Origin: Candidatus Pacearchaeota archaeon
GTDB taxonomy: Archaea; Nanobdellota; Nanobdellia; Pacearchaeales; GW2011-AR1
Length of the DNA: 64,000 nt
Assembly (NCBI GenBank): GCA_017609175.1
Contig: JAFCEJ010000003.1
Span: 149,455-213,454, forward strand
Direction: 5' to 3'
This document shows positions 15,313 to 25,800 of the stretch, piece by piece. Position numbers and translations under genes: made by a program. Each line of letters begins with the position of its first letter. Position 1 is the first letter of the stretch. Below the pieces are notes generated by a model. It saw only the letters and a program-made list of their open reading frames with translations, did not search any database and was not told the origin of the DNA.

Positions 15313-16893
15313 ATGGAGGTAATGAAATTGGATACTAAAGAAATTTTAACATTTTGTTTGAAAAAAGGGATTTTGTTAGATAAGGATGTTCTTAATCTAT
15401 TTGAAGAAGTTGGTGATACTGAAACAGTTAAATTAGTTATTGAGAAAGTTGGACAATATACCCGAAAAAGGATTATAACAAAAAATCTTTTTAATGAAAA
15501 TAGGGAGGAAGTTAATGCAGTTTTTTCTTCATTACCCGAGGAGAGACAAAAGAAAATTGAAAATTTGAAAATTAAACTTGGTTTGAGTATAGAAATCGAA
15601 AAAGAAATTAATGTTCAACAATCTGATGGAGATAAGGTTTTGAGGCTGAGCGATTTTGAAAATGTTAAGATAATCTCTTCAAGTCCTGTTGTAAATAAAA
15701 AAATCGAAGTCAGTGATTTTGTTAAACATTTCAGAAATCGTTTTATTGCGATGAGAAATATTTTGCAAGAACATAGTGAACTGACTAATTTAGTTTCTAT
15801 AAATAAGGTTTCTGAAAATAGACAAGGAATTTCTATTATTGGGATTGTTTCTGATAAAAGAATTACTAAAAATAAAAATATTTTATTTGAAATAGAGGAT
15901 TTGACAGGAAAAATTGTGGCATTAGTGAATCAAAATAATGAAGAATTATATAAAAAGGCACAGGAAGTAACTTTTGATTCAGTGATTGGTTTGAAGTGTT
16001 CTGGGAATAAAGAAATTGTTTTTGTAAATGATATTATTTTTCCTGAAGCTATGCTATTTGAGCGTAAGAAATCTCCTGTTGAGGAATATGCTTTATTTAC
16101 TGGTGATTTACATGTCGGAGGAAATAATTTTATGGAAGAGAATTTTTTGAAATTTATTGATTATTTAAATGGAAAAGTTCCAAATACTCCTGAGGTCGAT
16201 AAAATAAAATATTTGTTTTTAGTCGGTGATTTAATTTCTGGTGTGGGGATTTATCCTGGACAAGAGAAAGAGTTAATAATTTCTGATATCGAGGGGCAAT
16301 TTGAAAAAGCTGCAGAATTATTAAATAAGATAAGAAAAGATATTAAGATAATTATTAGTCCTGGGAACCACGATGGTGTTAGGATTATGGAGCCACAGCC
16401 GGTTTTAGATGAAAAATATGCATGGCCTCTTTATGATTTGAAAAACGTGATTCTTACACAAAATCCTGCTATGGTAAATATTGCTTCTCGAGGGGATTTT
16501 TCTGGGTTTAATGTTCTTACTTATCATGGTTATTCATTCCATTATTATGCAAATAATATTGAGTATTTGATGAAAGAAAAAGCAGTGCATAAACCTGAAT
16601 TAATAATGGCTTTTCTTTTAAAGAATCGACATTTGGCACCTACGCACGCATCTACGCTTTATTATCCTTATGACGACGACCCTTTATTAATCAAACAAGT
16701 TCCAGATATTTTTGTTTCTGGGCATACACACAAAAGCGGGGTTGCTTATTATAATAATATTTTGACAATTTCTAGTTCATGTTGGGAAAGTAAAACACCT
16801 TTTCAGGAAAAAATGGGCAATGAGCCGGATTTTTGTAAGGTTCCTATGCTAAATTTAAAAACCCGTGCTATAAAAATTTTGGATTTTGAATAA
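15313..16893 (+). CDS. DNA polymerase II (PolD) small subunit DP1 (exonuclease)
   Basis: OB region followed by calcineurin-like phosphoesterase motifs GDLHVGG, LVGDLISG, SPGNHDG and SGHTH. Confidence 0.9.
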   Translation: MEVMKLDTKEILTFCLKKGILLDKDVLNLFEEVGDTETVKLVIEKVGQYTRKRIITKNLFNENREEVNAVFSSLPEERQKKIENLKIKLGLSIEIEKEINVQQSDGDKVLRLSDFENVKIISSSPVVNKKIEVSDFVKHFRNRFIAMRNILQEHSELTNLVSINKVSENRQGISIIGIVSDKRITKNKNILFEIEDLTGKIVALVNQNNEELYKKAQEVTFDSVIGLKCSGNKEIVFVNDIIFPEAMLFERKKSPVEEYALFTGDLHVGGNNFMEENFLKFIDYLNGKVPNTPEVDKIKYLFLVGDLISGVGIYPGQEKELIISDIEGQFEKAAELLNKIRKDIKIIISPGNHDGVRIMEPQPVLDEKYAWPLYDLKNVILTQNPAMVNIASRGDFSGFNVLTYHGYSFHYYANNIEYLMKEKAVHKPELIMAFLLKNRHLAPTHASTLYYPYDDDPLLIKQVPDIFVSGHTHKSGVAYYNNILTISSSCWESKTPFQEKMGNEPDFCKVPMLNLKTRAIKILDFE

Positions 16894-17458
16894 AATGGAA
16901 AATAATATTGTAGAAAAAATAAGAATATTTGTTGAAGATGAATGTAAAAAATCTACTAGTAAGTATGGTTATGAACCTTATGAATTTCATTTTGTTTCTG
17001 TTTATAACTATGCAAGAAGGTTGGCAGAAAGTTTGAATGCAGATATTGAAGTTGTTGAATTAGCTGCTTGGCTCCATGATATTGGTTCTATTGTTAAGGG
17101 GAGAGAAGACCACCATCTTACTGGAGCAGAAATTGCTGAAAAGAAATTAAAAGAATTAAATTATCCTTCAGAGAAAATCCAAAAAGTTAAAAAATGTATT
17201 TTAAATCATAGGGGTTCTGTGAATAATAATAGAACAAGTCTTGAAGAACGAATAATTGCTGATGCAGATGCAATGTCTCATTTTGATAATATTTCAGGAC
17301 TTTTTATGGCAGCATTTATTTATGAAAATAAAAATCAAGGTGAGGCTAAGATTCTTGTAAAAAACAAACTAGATAGAAGTTGGAGCAAATTATCTTTTCA
17401 AGAATCAAAGGAGTTAATTAAACCAAAATATGAAGCAGCTAAGTTGCTTCTTAGTTAA
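16886..17458 (+). CDS. HD-domain metal-dependent phosphohydrolase
   Basis: HFVSVYNYARRLA...AAWLHDIGS...HH...ADADAMSH (HD motif). Overlaps the DP1 stop and the DP2 start region. Confidence 0.8.
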   Translation: MNKMENNIVEKIRIFVEDECKKSTSKYGYEPYEFHFVSVYNYARRLAESLNADIEVVELAAWLHDIGSIVKGREDHHLTGAEIAEKKLKELNYPSEKIQKVKKCILNHRGSVNNNRTSLEERIIADADAMSHFDNISGLFMAAFIYENKNQGEAKILVKNKLDRSWSKLSFQESKELIKPKYEAAKLLLS

Positions 17459-20400
17459 TATGGATACACAAGAGTATTTTTCAAATATTGAGAAGAGAGT
17501 AAAAATTGTTTATGATATAGCTGAAAGTGCGAGGAGAAAAGGTTTGGACCCAAAAAACAAGGTTGAGATTCCATTGGCTAGAAGTTTGGCTGAAAAAGTT
17601 GTTGGACTTATTTCTACACTTTATCCTCAAATAAATGACCCGCGGATTGTGAAAAGAATTATTGAACTTGAAAAAGAATACGGGAAACTTGATACTGCTG
17701 TTGCATTTAAGATTGCAGAGGAGGTTGCAAAACAAAAATATTGTAAATTTGCATCTTTATTGGAAGCAATTGATGCTGGCGTGAGAATTGGTTTTGCATA
17801 TATTACTTTAGGGGTAGTTTCATCGCCGATTGAGGGGTTTACTGAATTAAAGTTAGGAAAGACAAGGGACGGTAAGGATTATTTTGTTGTTTATTTTTCA
17901 GGACCAATTCGGAGTGCTGGGACTACTGCTACTTGTGTTGTTTTAATGTTGATTGATTATTTAAGGGAATTGTTTGGTTATGCAAAATATGATGCAACCG
18001 AAGAAGAGATTAAAAGATATGTCACTGAAAATTTTGATTATCATGAGAGGGTTACTAATTTACAATATTTGCCGACAGAAGAAGAGATTATTTTTTTAGC
18101 TAAGAATATGCCTATTCAAATTGCTGGCGAGCCAACAGAAAAAAAAGAAGTTTCTAATTATAAAAATCTTGAAAGGGTGGATACTAATTTTATTCGGGGC
18201 GGGATGTGTTTGGCTTTTTCAGAGGGCTTGGCACAAAAAGCTGCTAAAGGATTTAGATTATTAAAAAATGTTAAAGAAAAAGGAATTAAATCAACAGGAT
18301 GGGATTTTTTGGGTGAATATATCGAACTACATAAAAAGAGGGATATGGGGAAGGCAGATTCTTCTCCAACTTATATTAAAGATTTGGTTGCTGGCCGGCC
18401 AGTTTTTGGTCACCCGTCGAGGTCAGGCGGATTTAGATTTAGGTATGGGAGAGCAAGAGGTGCTGGTTTTTCTGCAGTTTCAATACACCCTGCTACTATG
18501 GAAATTACTGATAGGTTTATTGCTATTGGAACTCAATTAAAAATTGAAAAACCAACAAAGGGTTGTGCTGTTTCTTCATGTGATTCGATTGATGGGCCTA
18601 TTGTGAAATTATTTAATGGCAGTGTAAAAAAATTAACCACCCAAGAAGAGGCTAAAAGACTTTATCCAGATGTTGAAGAAATAATTTATTTGGGAGATAT
18701 TTTGCTCCCTTTTGGAGATTTGGCTAATAGAAATCATGAATTGATTAAGGCAGGTTATGTTGAAGAGTGGTGGAAGCTTGATTTAAATGAAAAAGATCCA
18801 AAAGTTAAAGTTGATTGTTTTAATATTAACTTTGAAGAAGCTGTTGAATTAAGTAGAAAGTATAAAATTCCTTTGCATCCAAAATTTATTTTTTATTGGA
18901 CAGAAATTTCTAAGGAGCAATTTTTTGGTTTAGTTGATTGGCTGAAAAATGCAGTGATTCGGGATAAAAAAATCGTTTTTCCATATTATCAAACTGTCCA
19001 GGAAAAATTTTCTTTAGGTAAAAGGGCTTTAGAGCTTTTAGGGATTGAACATGATGTTACAATTGAAAATGTTGTTTTATCTGAGGAGAATTCCAAAGCC
19101 TTATTGACTAATTTAGGAGTTAATTATAATCTTTTAGAAGAAAATGAAAAATTGTTGAAGGATGCTGTTAATATTTTTGATGATTCAGATAAAAGTGTTT
19201 TAGATTTAATTAATTCTTTTTGCGAATTTGAGATTAAGGATAAAGCTGGCGATTTTATTGGAACCCGGATGGGTAGGCCTGAAAAAGCAAAATTAAGAAA
19301 ATTGACAGGAAGTCCTCATGTTTTATTTCCTGTTGGAAAAGAAGGAGGTAGGCTTAGAAGTGTTCAGGCAGCATGTGAAGCTGGGACTGTTAAAAGTAGT
19401 TTTCCACTTTATTATTGTGAGAAATGTAAGAAAGAAACAATTTATTTTATTTGTGAAGATTGTGGAAATGAATGTGAAAAAATGTATTATTGTCCTGAAT
19501 GCAAACAGAAATTTTTTAAGAATGTCTGTCCAGAGCATGCAAAGGGGCAGGCTTATTGTAATTGGAATTTAGATATTAATCATTATTTTAAAAAGGCTAT
19601 TGAAAAGTTGAATTTGGTTAAAGAAGAAGTTCCTCCCTTGATTAAGGGAGTTAGAGGAACAAGTTCTGCTAATCATGCAATGGAACATTTGTCAAAAGGG
19701 GTTTTAAGAGCTTTGTTTAATTTGCAGGTTAATAAAGATGGGACAATTAGATATGATGCAACAGAATTGCCTTTAACTCATTTTAAACCCAAGGAAATTT
19801 TTGTTAGTGTTGAGAAGCTGAAAGAGATTGGATATACAAAAGATATTTATGGTAAAGAGCTTGTTAGTGAAGATCAAATTTTAGAATTAAAACCACATGA
19901 TGTTATTTTGCCTTGTTCACCTGAGTCTTTGGATGAAAGAGCCGATGATGTTTTTATTAAAATTGCTAATTTTATTGATTTGCTTTTGGTTAAATTTTAT
20001 GGTTTAAAACCATTTTATAATGTTCGTAAGAGGGAGGATTTAGTCGGGAAATTAGGCGTTTGTATGGCACCCCACAATTGCGCTGGTGTAATTTGCAGAA
20101 TAATAGGATTTTCAAATACCCAGGGTCTTTTGGCTTCTCCATATATGCATGCTGCAATTAGACGGGATTGTGATGGCGATGAGGCTGCAATTATGTTGTT
20201 ATTGGATGTTCTATTAAATTTTTCAAGAGAGTTTTTACCAGATCATCGTGGTGGGACCCAGGATGCGCCATTGGTTTTAAATGCTAAAATTGATGCTGGT
20301 GAGGTGGACGACCAGATTTTGGATTTTGAATTAGTTGATGAATATCCTTTAGAGCTTTATCGTTTGAGCGAGGAAAGAGTACATTCTTCTGAAATTAAGA

Positions 20401-20918
20401 TAGAAACTGTTAAAAATCGATTGAGAGATGGTGCGAATCCTTTTGTAAATATTAATTACACTCATGATACCTCGAATATTAATGATGGTGTTTTGTGCTC
20501 TTCTTATAAAAAATTAGGGACAATGCCTGAGAAAGTCCAGCATCAGATGGAGTTGGTTGAAAAGCTTCGGAGTGTGGACACTTCTGATGTTGCGCGGTTG
20601 ATTATTGAAAGACATTTTATTAGAGATACTCGTGGTAATCTTAGAAAGTTTTCAATGCAACAGTTTCGGTGTGTTGGTTGCAATGAAATTATCCGAAGGC
20701 CTGGATTGTCTGGTGTTTGTCCAAAGTGTGGCGGTAAAATAATTTTTACAATTCATGAGGGCGGGATTAAAAAATATATGGAACTTGCAACAGAGCTTGC
20801 AAATAAATATGATCTTTCTCCTTATTTGAAACAAAGTTTAGATTTGACAAAACGATATATTGATTCTGTTTTTGGAAAAGAAGCTGAAAAACAGGAAGCT
20901 TTGCAAAAGTGGTTTTAA
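17430..20918 (+). CDS. DNA polymerase II (PolD) large subunit DP2
   Basis: The probable start is MDTQEYFSNIEK (ATG 17460). Has YFSGPIRSAGTTA, FRFRYGRARGAGF, internal Zn-finger clusters (CEKCKK...CEDCG...CPEC), CDGDEAAIMLLLD, and a C-terminal CVGCN...CPKCGG. Confidence 0.95.
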   Translation: MKQLSCFLVNMDTQEYFSNIEKRVKIVYDIAESARRKGLDPKNKVEIPLARSLAEKVVGLISTLYPQINDPRIVKRIIELEKEYGKLDTAVAFKIAEEVAKQKYCKFASLLEAIDAGVRIGFAYITLGVVSSPIEGFTELKLGKTRDGKDYFVVYFSGPIRSAGTTATCVVLMLIDYLRELFGYAKYDATEEEIKRYVTENFDYHERVTNLQYLPTEEEIIFLAKNMPIQIAGEPTEKKEVSNYKNLERVDTNFIRGGMCLAFSEGLAQKAAKGFRLLKNVKEKGIKSTGWDFLGEYIELHKKRDMGKADSSPTYIKDLVAGRPVFGHPSRSGGFRFRYGRARGAGFSAVSIHPATMEITDRFIAIGTQLKIEKPTKGCAVSSCDSIDGPIVKLFNGSVKKLTTQEEAKRLYPDVEEIIYLGDILLPFGDLANRNHELIKAGYVEEWWKLDLNEKDPKVKVDCFNINFEEAVELSRKYKIPLHPKFIFYWTEISKEQFFGLVDWLKNAVIRDKKIVFPYYQTVQEKFSLGKRALELLGIEHDVTIENVVLSEENSKALLTNLGVNYNLLEENEKLLKDAVNIFDDSDKSVLDLINSFCEFEIKDKAGDFIGTRMGRPEKAKLRKLTGSPHVLFPVGKEGGRLRSVQAACEAGTVKSSFPLYYCEKCKKETIYFICEDCGNECEKMYYCPECKQKFFKNVCPEHAKGQAYCNWNLDINHYFKKAIEKLNLVKEEVPPLIKGVRGTSSANHAMEHLSKGVLRALFNLQVNKDGTIRYDATELPLTHFKPKEIFVSVEKLKEIGYTKDIYGKELVSEDQILELKPHDVILPCSPESLDERADDVFIKIANFIDLLLVKFYGLKPFYNVRKREDLVGKLGVCMAPHNCAGVICRIIGFSNTQGLLASPYMHAAIRRDCDGDEAAIMLLLDVLLNFSREFLPDHRGGTQDAPLVLNAKIDAGEVDDQILDFELVDEYPLELYRLSEERVHSSEIKIETVKNRLRDGANPFVNINYTHDTSNINDGVLCSSYKKLGTMPEKVQHQMELVEKLRSVDTSDVARLIIERHFIRDTRGNLRKFSMQQFRCVGCNEIIRRPGLSGVCPKCGGKIIFTIHEGGIKKYMELATELANKYDLSPYLKQSLDLTKRYIDSVFGKEAEKQEALQKWF

Positions 20919-22102
20919 AATAAATACCATAAAATTGTTGGGATAAGCAAACAACCCATCATATTTGTTCTTCTAACATTGAGGGAGATGCAGTAAATTC
21001 CAGTAAGCGTAGAGATTATTAAGACTAAAAGCCCTATAAATTTTGAAAAAATTAAGATGACATTTATCAATAAAATTAAGGTGATTAGAGATAAAATTGT
21101 ATAATTTATTTTTTCAATTTTTTTTGAAAAGAATTTTGCAAGTGTTATTGTTAAGAAAAAAGAAATTATTCCTGTGATAAAAATTGTGAATAAAATTAAA
21201 ACTAAGAGATTTGTTTTCGGAATTCCAATAATTTCTTTGATTGCTGCTGCAGCACCTGTTCGTGTTTTTGAAATTATGTAGAGGGAAATAAATGAAAACC
21301 CCATTACTAATGTGTTTGTTGCTCCAAGTAGAACTAAAAATCCTTTTCTGTCGGTTTTTGATATTTGGTTTCCTATTATTGCTGCTTGTCCGCTTCCGAG
21401 CCCGGGAAGAAAACTGCACAAGGGTGAAGCAATTAAAGCTCCAAGCAATGGTTTGAATAATTTAGTTTTTAGTTTTGTTTTTGTTTCTTGTTTTGGAATT
21501 TGTGTTTTCTTTTGAATACTCATAATTAACATTGATGAACCAAATAAACCCGTTAGTAACGGGAGGAGAGGCTCTTTGATTTGAATATTAAGAACGCACC
21601 ATCCAAGAAAGCCTGTTAATAAAAAAACAATTAATGCAGAAATTTTATTTTTTTCAATGGATATTAAAATAATTGAAATAATTATTAATAAATAAGGAAT
21701 TAGGAATTTAATGCAATTATAGATTTTTGAAATAATTAAAATTGATGGATATGAGATTGAGATTAAGATAAAAATTGCTGCGAGACTTCCATAAGCTGTT
21801 AAAATAATCGCTTCATAACCTTGTCCTTTTTTTAGGAGCTCGTGTCCAGGTAGAATTGAGAGTTCTGTATCTGTGTCTGGGCAACCAAGAAAAATTGATG
21901 GAATAAAGTCTATGAAAGTATGGCTAATTGCCATCGATGAAATAAATACAACAAGGTAAATGGGGTCTATTTTGGATAGAATCGAGAGAGATAAAGTTAC
22001 TAAAAAAGTGCCGATAAGATTTACGTGGATACCTGGAATAAGGCCTGTAAAGGTTCCAAAAATAATTCCAATGAAAGTTGCAAAGAGGATTTGGAAAAGC
22101 AT
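20915..22102 (-). CDS. Polytopic membrane protein, DUF112/TctA-like
   Basis: About 10-12 TMs. N-terminal GLIPGIHVNLIG and a later LPGLGSGQAAIIG resemble the TctA/DUF112 PG(I/L)G motifs. Confidence 0.5.
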   Translation of the reverse strand: MLFQILFATFIGIIFGTFTGLIPGIHVNLIGTFLVTLSLSILSKIDPIYLVVFISSMAISHTFIDFIPSIFLGCPDTDTELSILPGHELLKKGQGYEAIILTAYGSLAAIFILISISYPSILIISKIYNCIKFLIPYLLIIISIILISIEKNKISALIVFLLTGFLGWCVLNIQIKEPLLPLLTGLFGSSMLIMSIQKKTQIPKQETKTKLKTKLFKPLLGALIASPLCSFLPGLGSGQAAIIGNQISKTDRKGFLVLLGATNTLVMGFSFISLYIISKTRTGAAAAIKEIIGIPKTNLLVLILFTIFITGIISFFLTITLAKFFSKKIEKINYTILSLITLILLINVILIFSKFIGLLVLIISTLTGIYCISLNVRRTNMMGCLLIPTILWYLF

Positions 22103-22144
22103 ATTTTAAGAAAGATTTAATAATTAAAACTTTTTAGTTTTTTT

Positions 22145-23170
22145 ATGGTAAAACAATTAAGTGTTGAAGAGAGGTTTGAATTAATAAAACGAAATACAGA
22201 GGAAATAATTACAGAGGAAGAATTAAAAGATTTATTGAGTAGAAAGAAAAAACCAGTTGTTTATTGGGGAACTGCTCCGACAGGCAAACCCCATGTAGGT
22301 TATTTTCTTCCTGCATTGAAAATTGCAGATTTTTTAAAGGCAGGATTTCATGTTAAGATTCTACTTGCAGATTTACATGCTGCGTTGGATAATACTCCGT
22401 GGCCTGTTCTTGAAAAGAGATACGAATATTACAAAAAGATAATTCCTCTTATGATTAAATCAATGGGTGTTGATATTAAAGAATTAGAATTTATTAAAGG
22501 AAGTGATTTTCAATTGAATCATAATTATATGTTTGACGTTTTGAGAATGTCTTCGTTAACATCTATTAGGGATTCAAATAGGGCGGCTTCTGAGGTTGTG
22601 AAGATGGGTAAAAATCCAAAGGTTTCTGGATTGATTTATCCTCTGATGCAGGTAATGGATGAGCAGTATTTGGAGTGTGATGTTCAACTTGGCGGGACTG
22701 ATCAGAGAAAAATTATGGTTTTAGCAAGAGAGAATTTACCTAAATTAGGATATAAAAGAAGAGTAGAGGTTATGAATCCTTTAATTCCTGGCCTTATTGG
22801 AAAGAAAATGTCTGCTTCTGATGAGAAATCAAAAGTTGATTTATTAGATGATGAAAAAACCGTTAAAAATAAGTTGAAGGCCGCAGAATGTGTTATGGGA
22901 AATCCTGATAACGGTATTATGGCTTTTTTGAAATATATTGTTATGACTATTAAGAATGATAAAAACGAAACTTTTGTTGTTGAAAGGCCTGAGAAATATG
23001 GGGGGAATTTAGTTTATGAAACTTATAAGCAAATTGAAAATGATTTTGTTAAAAAGAAATTACACCCTCTTGATTTAAAAAATGCTGTTGCAAAAGAAAT
23101 TAGTTTGATGTTAAAACCAATTCAAAAAAAGAGAAATGAATTGGAGAAATTGGCTAAAGAAGCTTATTGA
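22145..23170 (+). CDS. tyrS: Tyrosyl-tRNA synthetase (archaeal type)
   Basis: FELIKRNTEEIITEEELKDLL, class I HIGH-like PHVGY, KMSAS (KMSKS), and C-terminal LHPLDLKNAVAKEI. Collinear with the M. jannaschii TyrRS pattern. Confidence 0.9.
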   Translation: MVKQLSVEERFELIKRNTEEIITEEELKDLLSRKKKPVVYWGTAPTGKPHVGYFLPALKIADFLKAGFHVKILLADLHAALDNTPWPVLEKRYEYYKKIIPLMIKSMGVDIKELEFIKGSDFQLNHNYMFDVLRMSSLTSIRDSNRAASEVVKMGKNPKVSGLIYPLMQVMDEQYLECDVQLGGTDQRKIMVLARENLPKLGYKRRVEVMNPLIPGLIGKKMSASDEKSKVDLLDDEKTVKNKLKAAECVMGNPDNGIMAFLKYIVMTIKNDKNETFVVERPEKYGGNLVYETYKQIENDFVKKKLHPLDLKNAVAKEISLMLKPIQKKRNELEKLAKEAY

Positions 23171-24091
23171 TTATTTAATTCTAAATTCAACGATATCTAG
23201 GTCTTTAAGTTTATGTTGAAGCCCTACTTTTTGGTTAGGGAATTTTGAGGAAGGTCCGGTAATTCTTGTTTCTTTTATTTTGTCTGAAAAACCATGGAAT
23301 ATTTTTTCTGCAACTTCTTTTACTGTTGAATCTGGTTCAAGAATTATGGGCTTGTCTGTTTTTGTTTTTCCAGGTTCTTTGGTATAGACCCTTATTTTAT
23401 TGAATGATTTGAAAATTTTTTCTTTTAGTTCATTAAGCGATTTTTTAATTTCTTCAACATTTTTCAAATTGATGATAGTAAAATCGTATTTTTTGCTCTG
23501 TAAAGTTGCAGAGATTTTTCTTAATTCGTTTGGCGACAGATTTTCCTTATTATTAAAAATGACTATTTTTTTTGCTTTAGTGTTTTGAAGGTCTGCCTGA
23601 ATTTTTTCAATTTGTTTTAAATTGGTTATTATGATTATTAGGGTATCTGCAGTATTTGTAAGGCCTTTGTCATAATATTCTGATTCAATTGCAGGGTTTT
23701 CAATTAATTGTATGTTTGTTCCTACATAATTCATCATTCCTATTATGGGAGATTTTGTTGTGAAAGGATAATCTGCGATTTCTGGTTTGGCATTTGTTAG
23801 GATTTTTATAAGGGATGATTTTCCAGTATTTGTTTCTCCGATAATGACTGCTTGTAGGTCTTGTTTTTTTATTCCTTGTTTTGAAGATTTTCCTATCTTT
23901 TTTGATTTTGATAATTTTTCTTTTAATTTTTTTAGTTTTAATCTTAATTGTGCCCTCAGATTTTCTGCTCCCTTATGTTTTGGAGCTACAGAAATCATTT
24001 TTTCTAATGTTTTTATTTTATCTTCGAGAGTTTGGGCTAATAAATGCTCTTTTTCAGCCATTAGATAATCTGGATGCGCATTTATTGGCAT
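23171..24091 (-). CDS. OBG/DRG-family GTPase with C-terminal TGS domain
   Basis: G1 motif GETNTGKSSL, effector YPFTT, and a C-terminal TGS-like IRVYTKEPGK...DSTVKEVAEKIH...DLDIVEF. Confidence 0.8.
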   Translation of the reverse strand: MPINAHPDYLMAEKEHLLAQTLEDKIKTLEKMISVAPKHKGAENLRAQLRLKLKKLKEKLSKSKKIGKSSKQGIKKQDLQAVIIGETNTGKSSLIKILTNAKPEIADYPFTTKSPIIGMMNYVGTNIQLIENPAIESEYYDKGLTNTADTLIIIITNLKQIEKIQADLQNTKAKKIVIFNNKENLSPNELRKISATLQSKKYDFTIINLKNVEEIKKSLNELKEKIFKSFNKIRVYTKEPGKTKTDKPIILEPDSTVKEVAEKIFHGFSDKIKETRITGPSSKFPNQKVGLQHKLKDLDIVEFRIK

Positions 24092-24176
24092 GTTTAAATT
24101 AATCGTTTCGCCATTAAAAACTTAATCGTAATCTTTATAACCTCAGTTTAATTTATTATTTAAGAGGTGAATAAAA

Positions 24177-24431
24177 GTGGTGCAAGAAATTCAAACGAAA
24201 CCGACACAGTTAGCAAAACCTGCTGTTAAAAAACCAGTTGCTCAACCTGTTGCGAAACCTGCAGTTCAGAAGCCTGCTGTAAAACAGTCTGTTGTGAAAC
24301 CTCTTGTCCAGAAACAAGCAGAGGTTCAGCCTGTTGAAGATTCTAAATGGTGGAAGAAATGGTGGGTTTGGGTAATAGTTGCTGTAGCAATTGTTATTGT
24401 TGGAAGCCTTATTTGGTGGCTTCTTTTGTGA
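24177..24431 (+). CDS. Tail-anchored protein with KPAV/QKPAV repeats (hypothetical)
   Basis: GTG start after an SD-like AAGAGGTGA. Pro/Lys/Val repeats, then a W-rich C-terminal TM (WWKKWWVWVIVAVAIVIVGSLIWWLLL). Confidence 0.4.
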   Translation: MVQEIQTKPTQLAKPAVKKPVAQPVAKPAVQKPAVKQSVVKPLVQKQAEVQPVEDSKWWKKWWVWVIVAVAIVIVGSLIWWLLL

Positions 24432-24519
24432 TTTGTAATTATATTTATATAGTACTGAGATTTTTTTAGTTTGTGAATTAAATATGAAATTCTTACTGAT
24501 TTCGTAAGGAGTTAAGAAT

Positions 24520-25728
24520 ATGAAACCAAAATTTTATAGAAAAGTTTTGAAGAATGGAATGACTGTTCTTTTTGAAAAACGGGATATTCCTGTTGTGGGC
24601 GTGGCATTTGCTGTTAGAAATGGGGGGATAAACGAATCTGATGAAGAAAAAGGGATTTCTCATTTTATTGAGCATATGTTATACAAGGGGACTCCAACGC
24701 GGGATTCTAAGAAAATCGCAGAAGAAATTGAGAAAAATGGTGGTGAATTGAATGGATTTACTGATGAAGAAATTACTGCTTATTGGTGTAAGATGCCAAG
24801 CAAGCATTTAGATATTGCATTAGAGGTTTTATCAGATATGGTGAAAAACCCCTTGTTTGATGAAAAAGAGTTAGAAAAAGAAAGAAAAGTTATCTTTGAA
24901 GAAATTAAAATGAGAAAAGACATCCCGCGAGTTTATGTTTACGATAAAATCAAAGAATTTCTTTATGATAAACCTTTTGGCCCATCTTTAATTGGGACAT
25001 ATGATACAATGAATTCTATTGACAGAAAAAAGATTATTGATAAATTTAAGAAAATTTATACCCCAAATAATTTAATTTTATGTGTTGTTGGAGATGCGGA
25101 TTTTGATAAAATTGTTGAATTTGTAAATAGAAATTTTGGAAAAGAAAAAGGAGAGGTTCCAAGGTTTAAAGTTAAATTAACTAACTCAGAAAAAATTGAA
25201 TTTAGAAAAGGGATAGACCAGGTTAATTTGGTTTTTGCTTTTCATACTCCTTTAGCGAAAGATAAGAAAAATTATGCTGCGCAGGTTTTGAATTGTTTGA
25301 TGGGTGGGGGGATGTCATCAAGATTATTTCAGGAGATAAGAGAAAAGAGAAATTTGGCTTATGCTGTTAAGGGAGAGGTTGAAATTGGTAGAGATTATTC
25401 TTATAGTCTAATTTATGTTGGTACCACAAAGGAAAATGTTGATATTGTTAAAAAATTAATTTTAGAGGAATTTGAAAAAGTTGCGAAGGATTTGGGTGAG
25501 GGCGAGTTGGAGCAAGTTAAAGAACAATTGATTGGGAATTATCAGATTTCTATGGAGGATTCTCAAAGTCAAATGGTGAATTTACTTAGTTATGAAATTA
25601 ATGGAAATGCAGGAGAATTTTATGATTTTGAAAAGAATATTTCTGCTGTGAAATTGAAAGATGTTAAAGATTTGGCAAAAAAAGCAAAAGAAAAATATAG
25701 TTTTTTTGCCTTGATTCCTGAAGACTAG
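24520..25728 (+). CDS. M16-family (pitrilysin/insulinase) zinc peptidase
   Basis: Inverted zinc motif HFIEH followed by the downstream E of the M16 signature. Two-domain length (402 aa). Confidence 0.85.
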   Translation: MKPKFYRKVLKNGMTVLFEKRDIPVVGVAFAVRNGGINESDEEKGISHFIEHMLYKGTPTRDSKKIAEEIEKNGGELNGFTDEEITAYWCKMPSKHLDIALEVLSDMVKNPLFDEKELEKERKVIFEEIKMRKDIPRVYVYDKIKEFLYDKPFGPSLIGTYDTMNSIDRKKIIDKFKKIYTPNNLILCVVGDADFDKIVEFVNRNFGKEKGEVPRFKVKLTNSEKIEFRKGIDQVNLVFAFHTPLAKDKKNYAAQVLNCLMGGGMSSRLFQEIREKRNLAYAVKGEVEIGRDYSYSLIYVGTTKENVDIVKKLILEEFEKVAKDLGEGELEQVKEQLIGNYQISMEDSQSQMVNLLSYEINGNAGEFYDFEKNISAVKLKDVKDLAKKAKEKYSFFALIPED

Positions 25729-25800
25729 CCCCTAATTTTTATGAAATTTGTGAATCGATTATCTGAAAAATCTTAAAAACCCTTTTTCTTAGTAGTTTTC

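Noticed and set aside
17481-20834. Several 60-90-aa alternative-frame or antisense ORFs inside PolD DP2 (for example 18268-18540, 19318-19572, 19323-19538, 20652-20834)
   Set aside because: They are embedded in a continuous, motif-rich 1162-aa DP2 reading frame and have no independent signals.
14034-20918. Inteins in Orc1/Cdc6 or the PolD subunits
   Set aside because: The protein lengths are ordinary, the motifs are contiguous, and no Cys/Ser...HN splice-junction blocks are seen.
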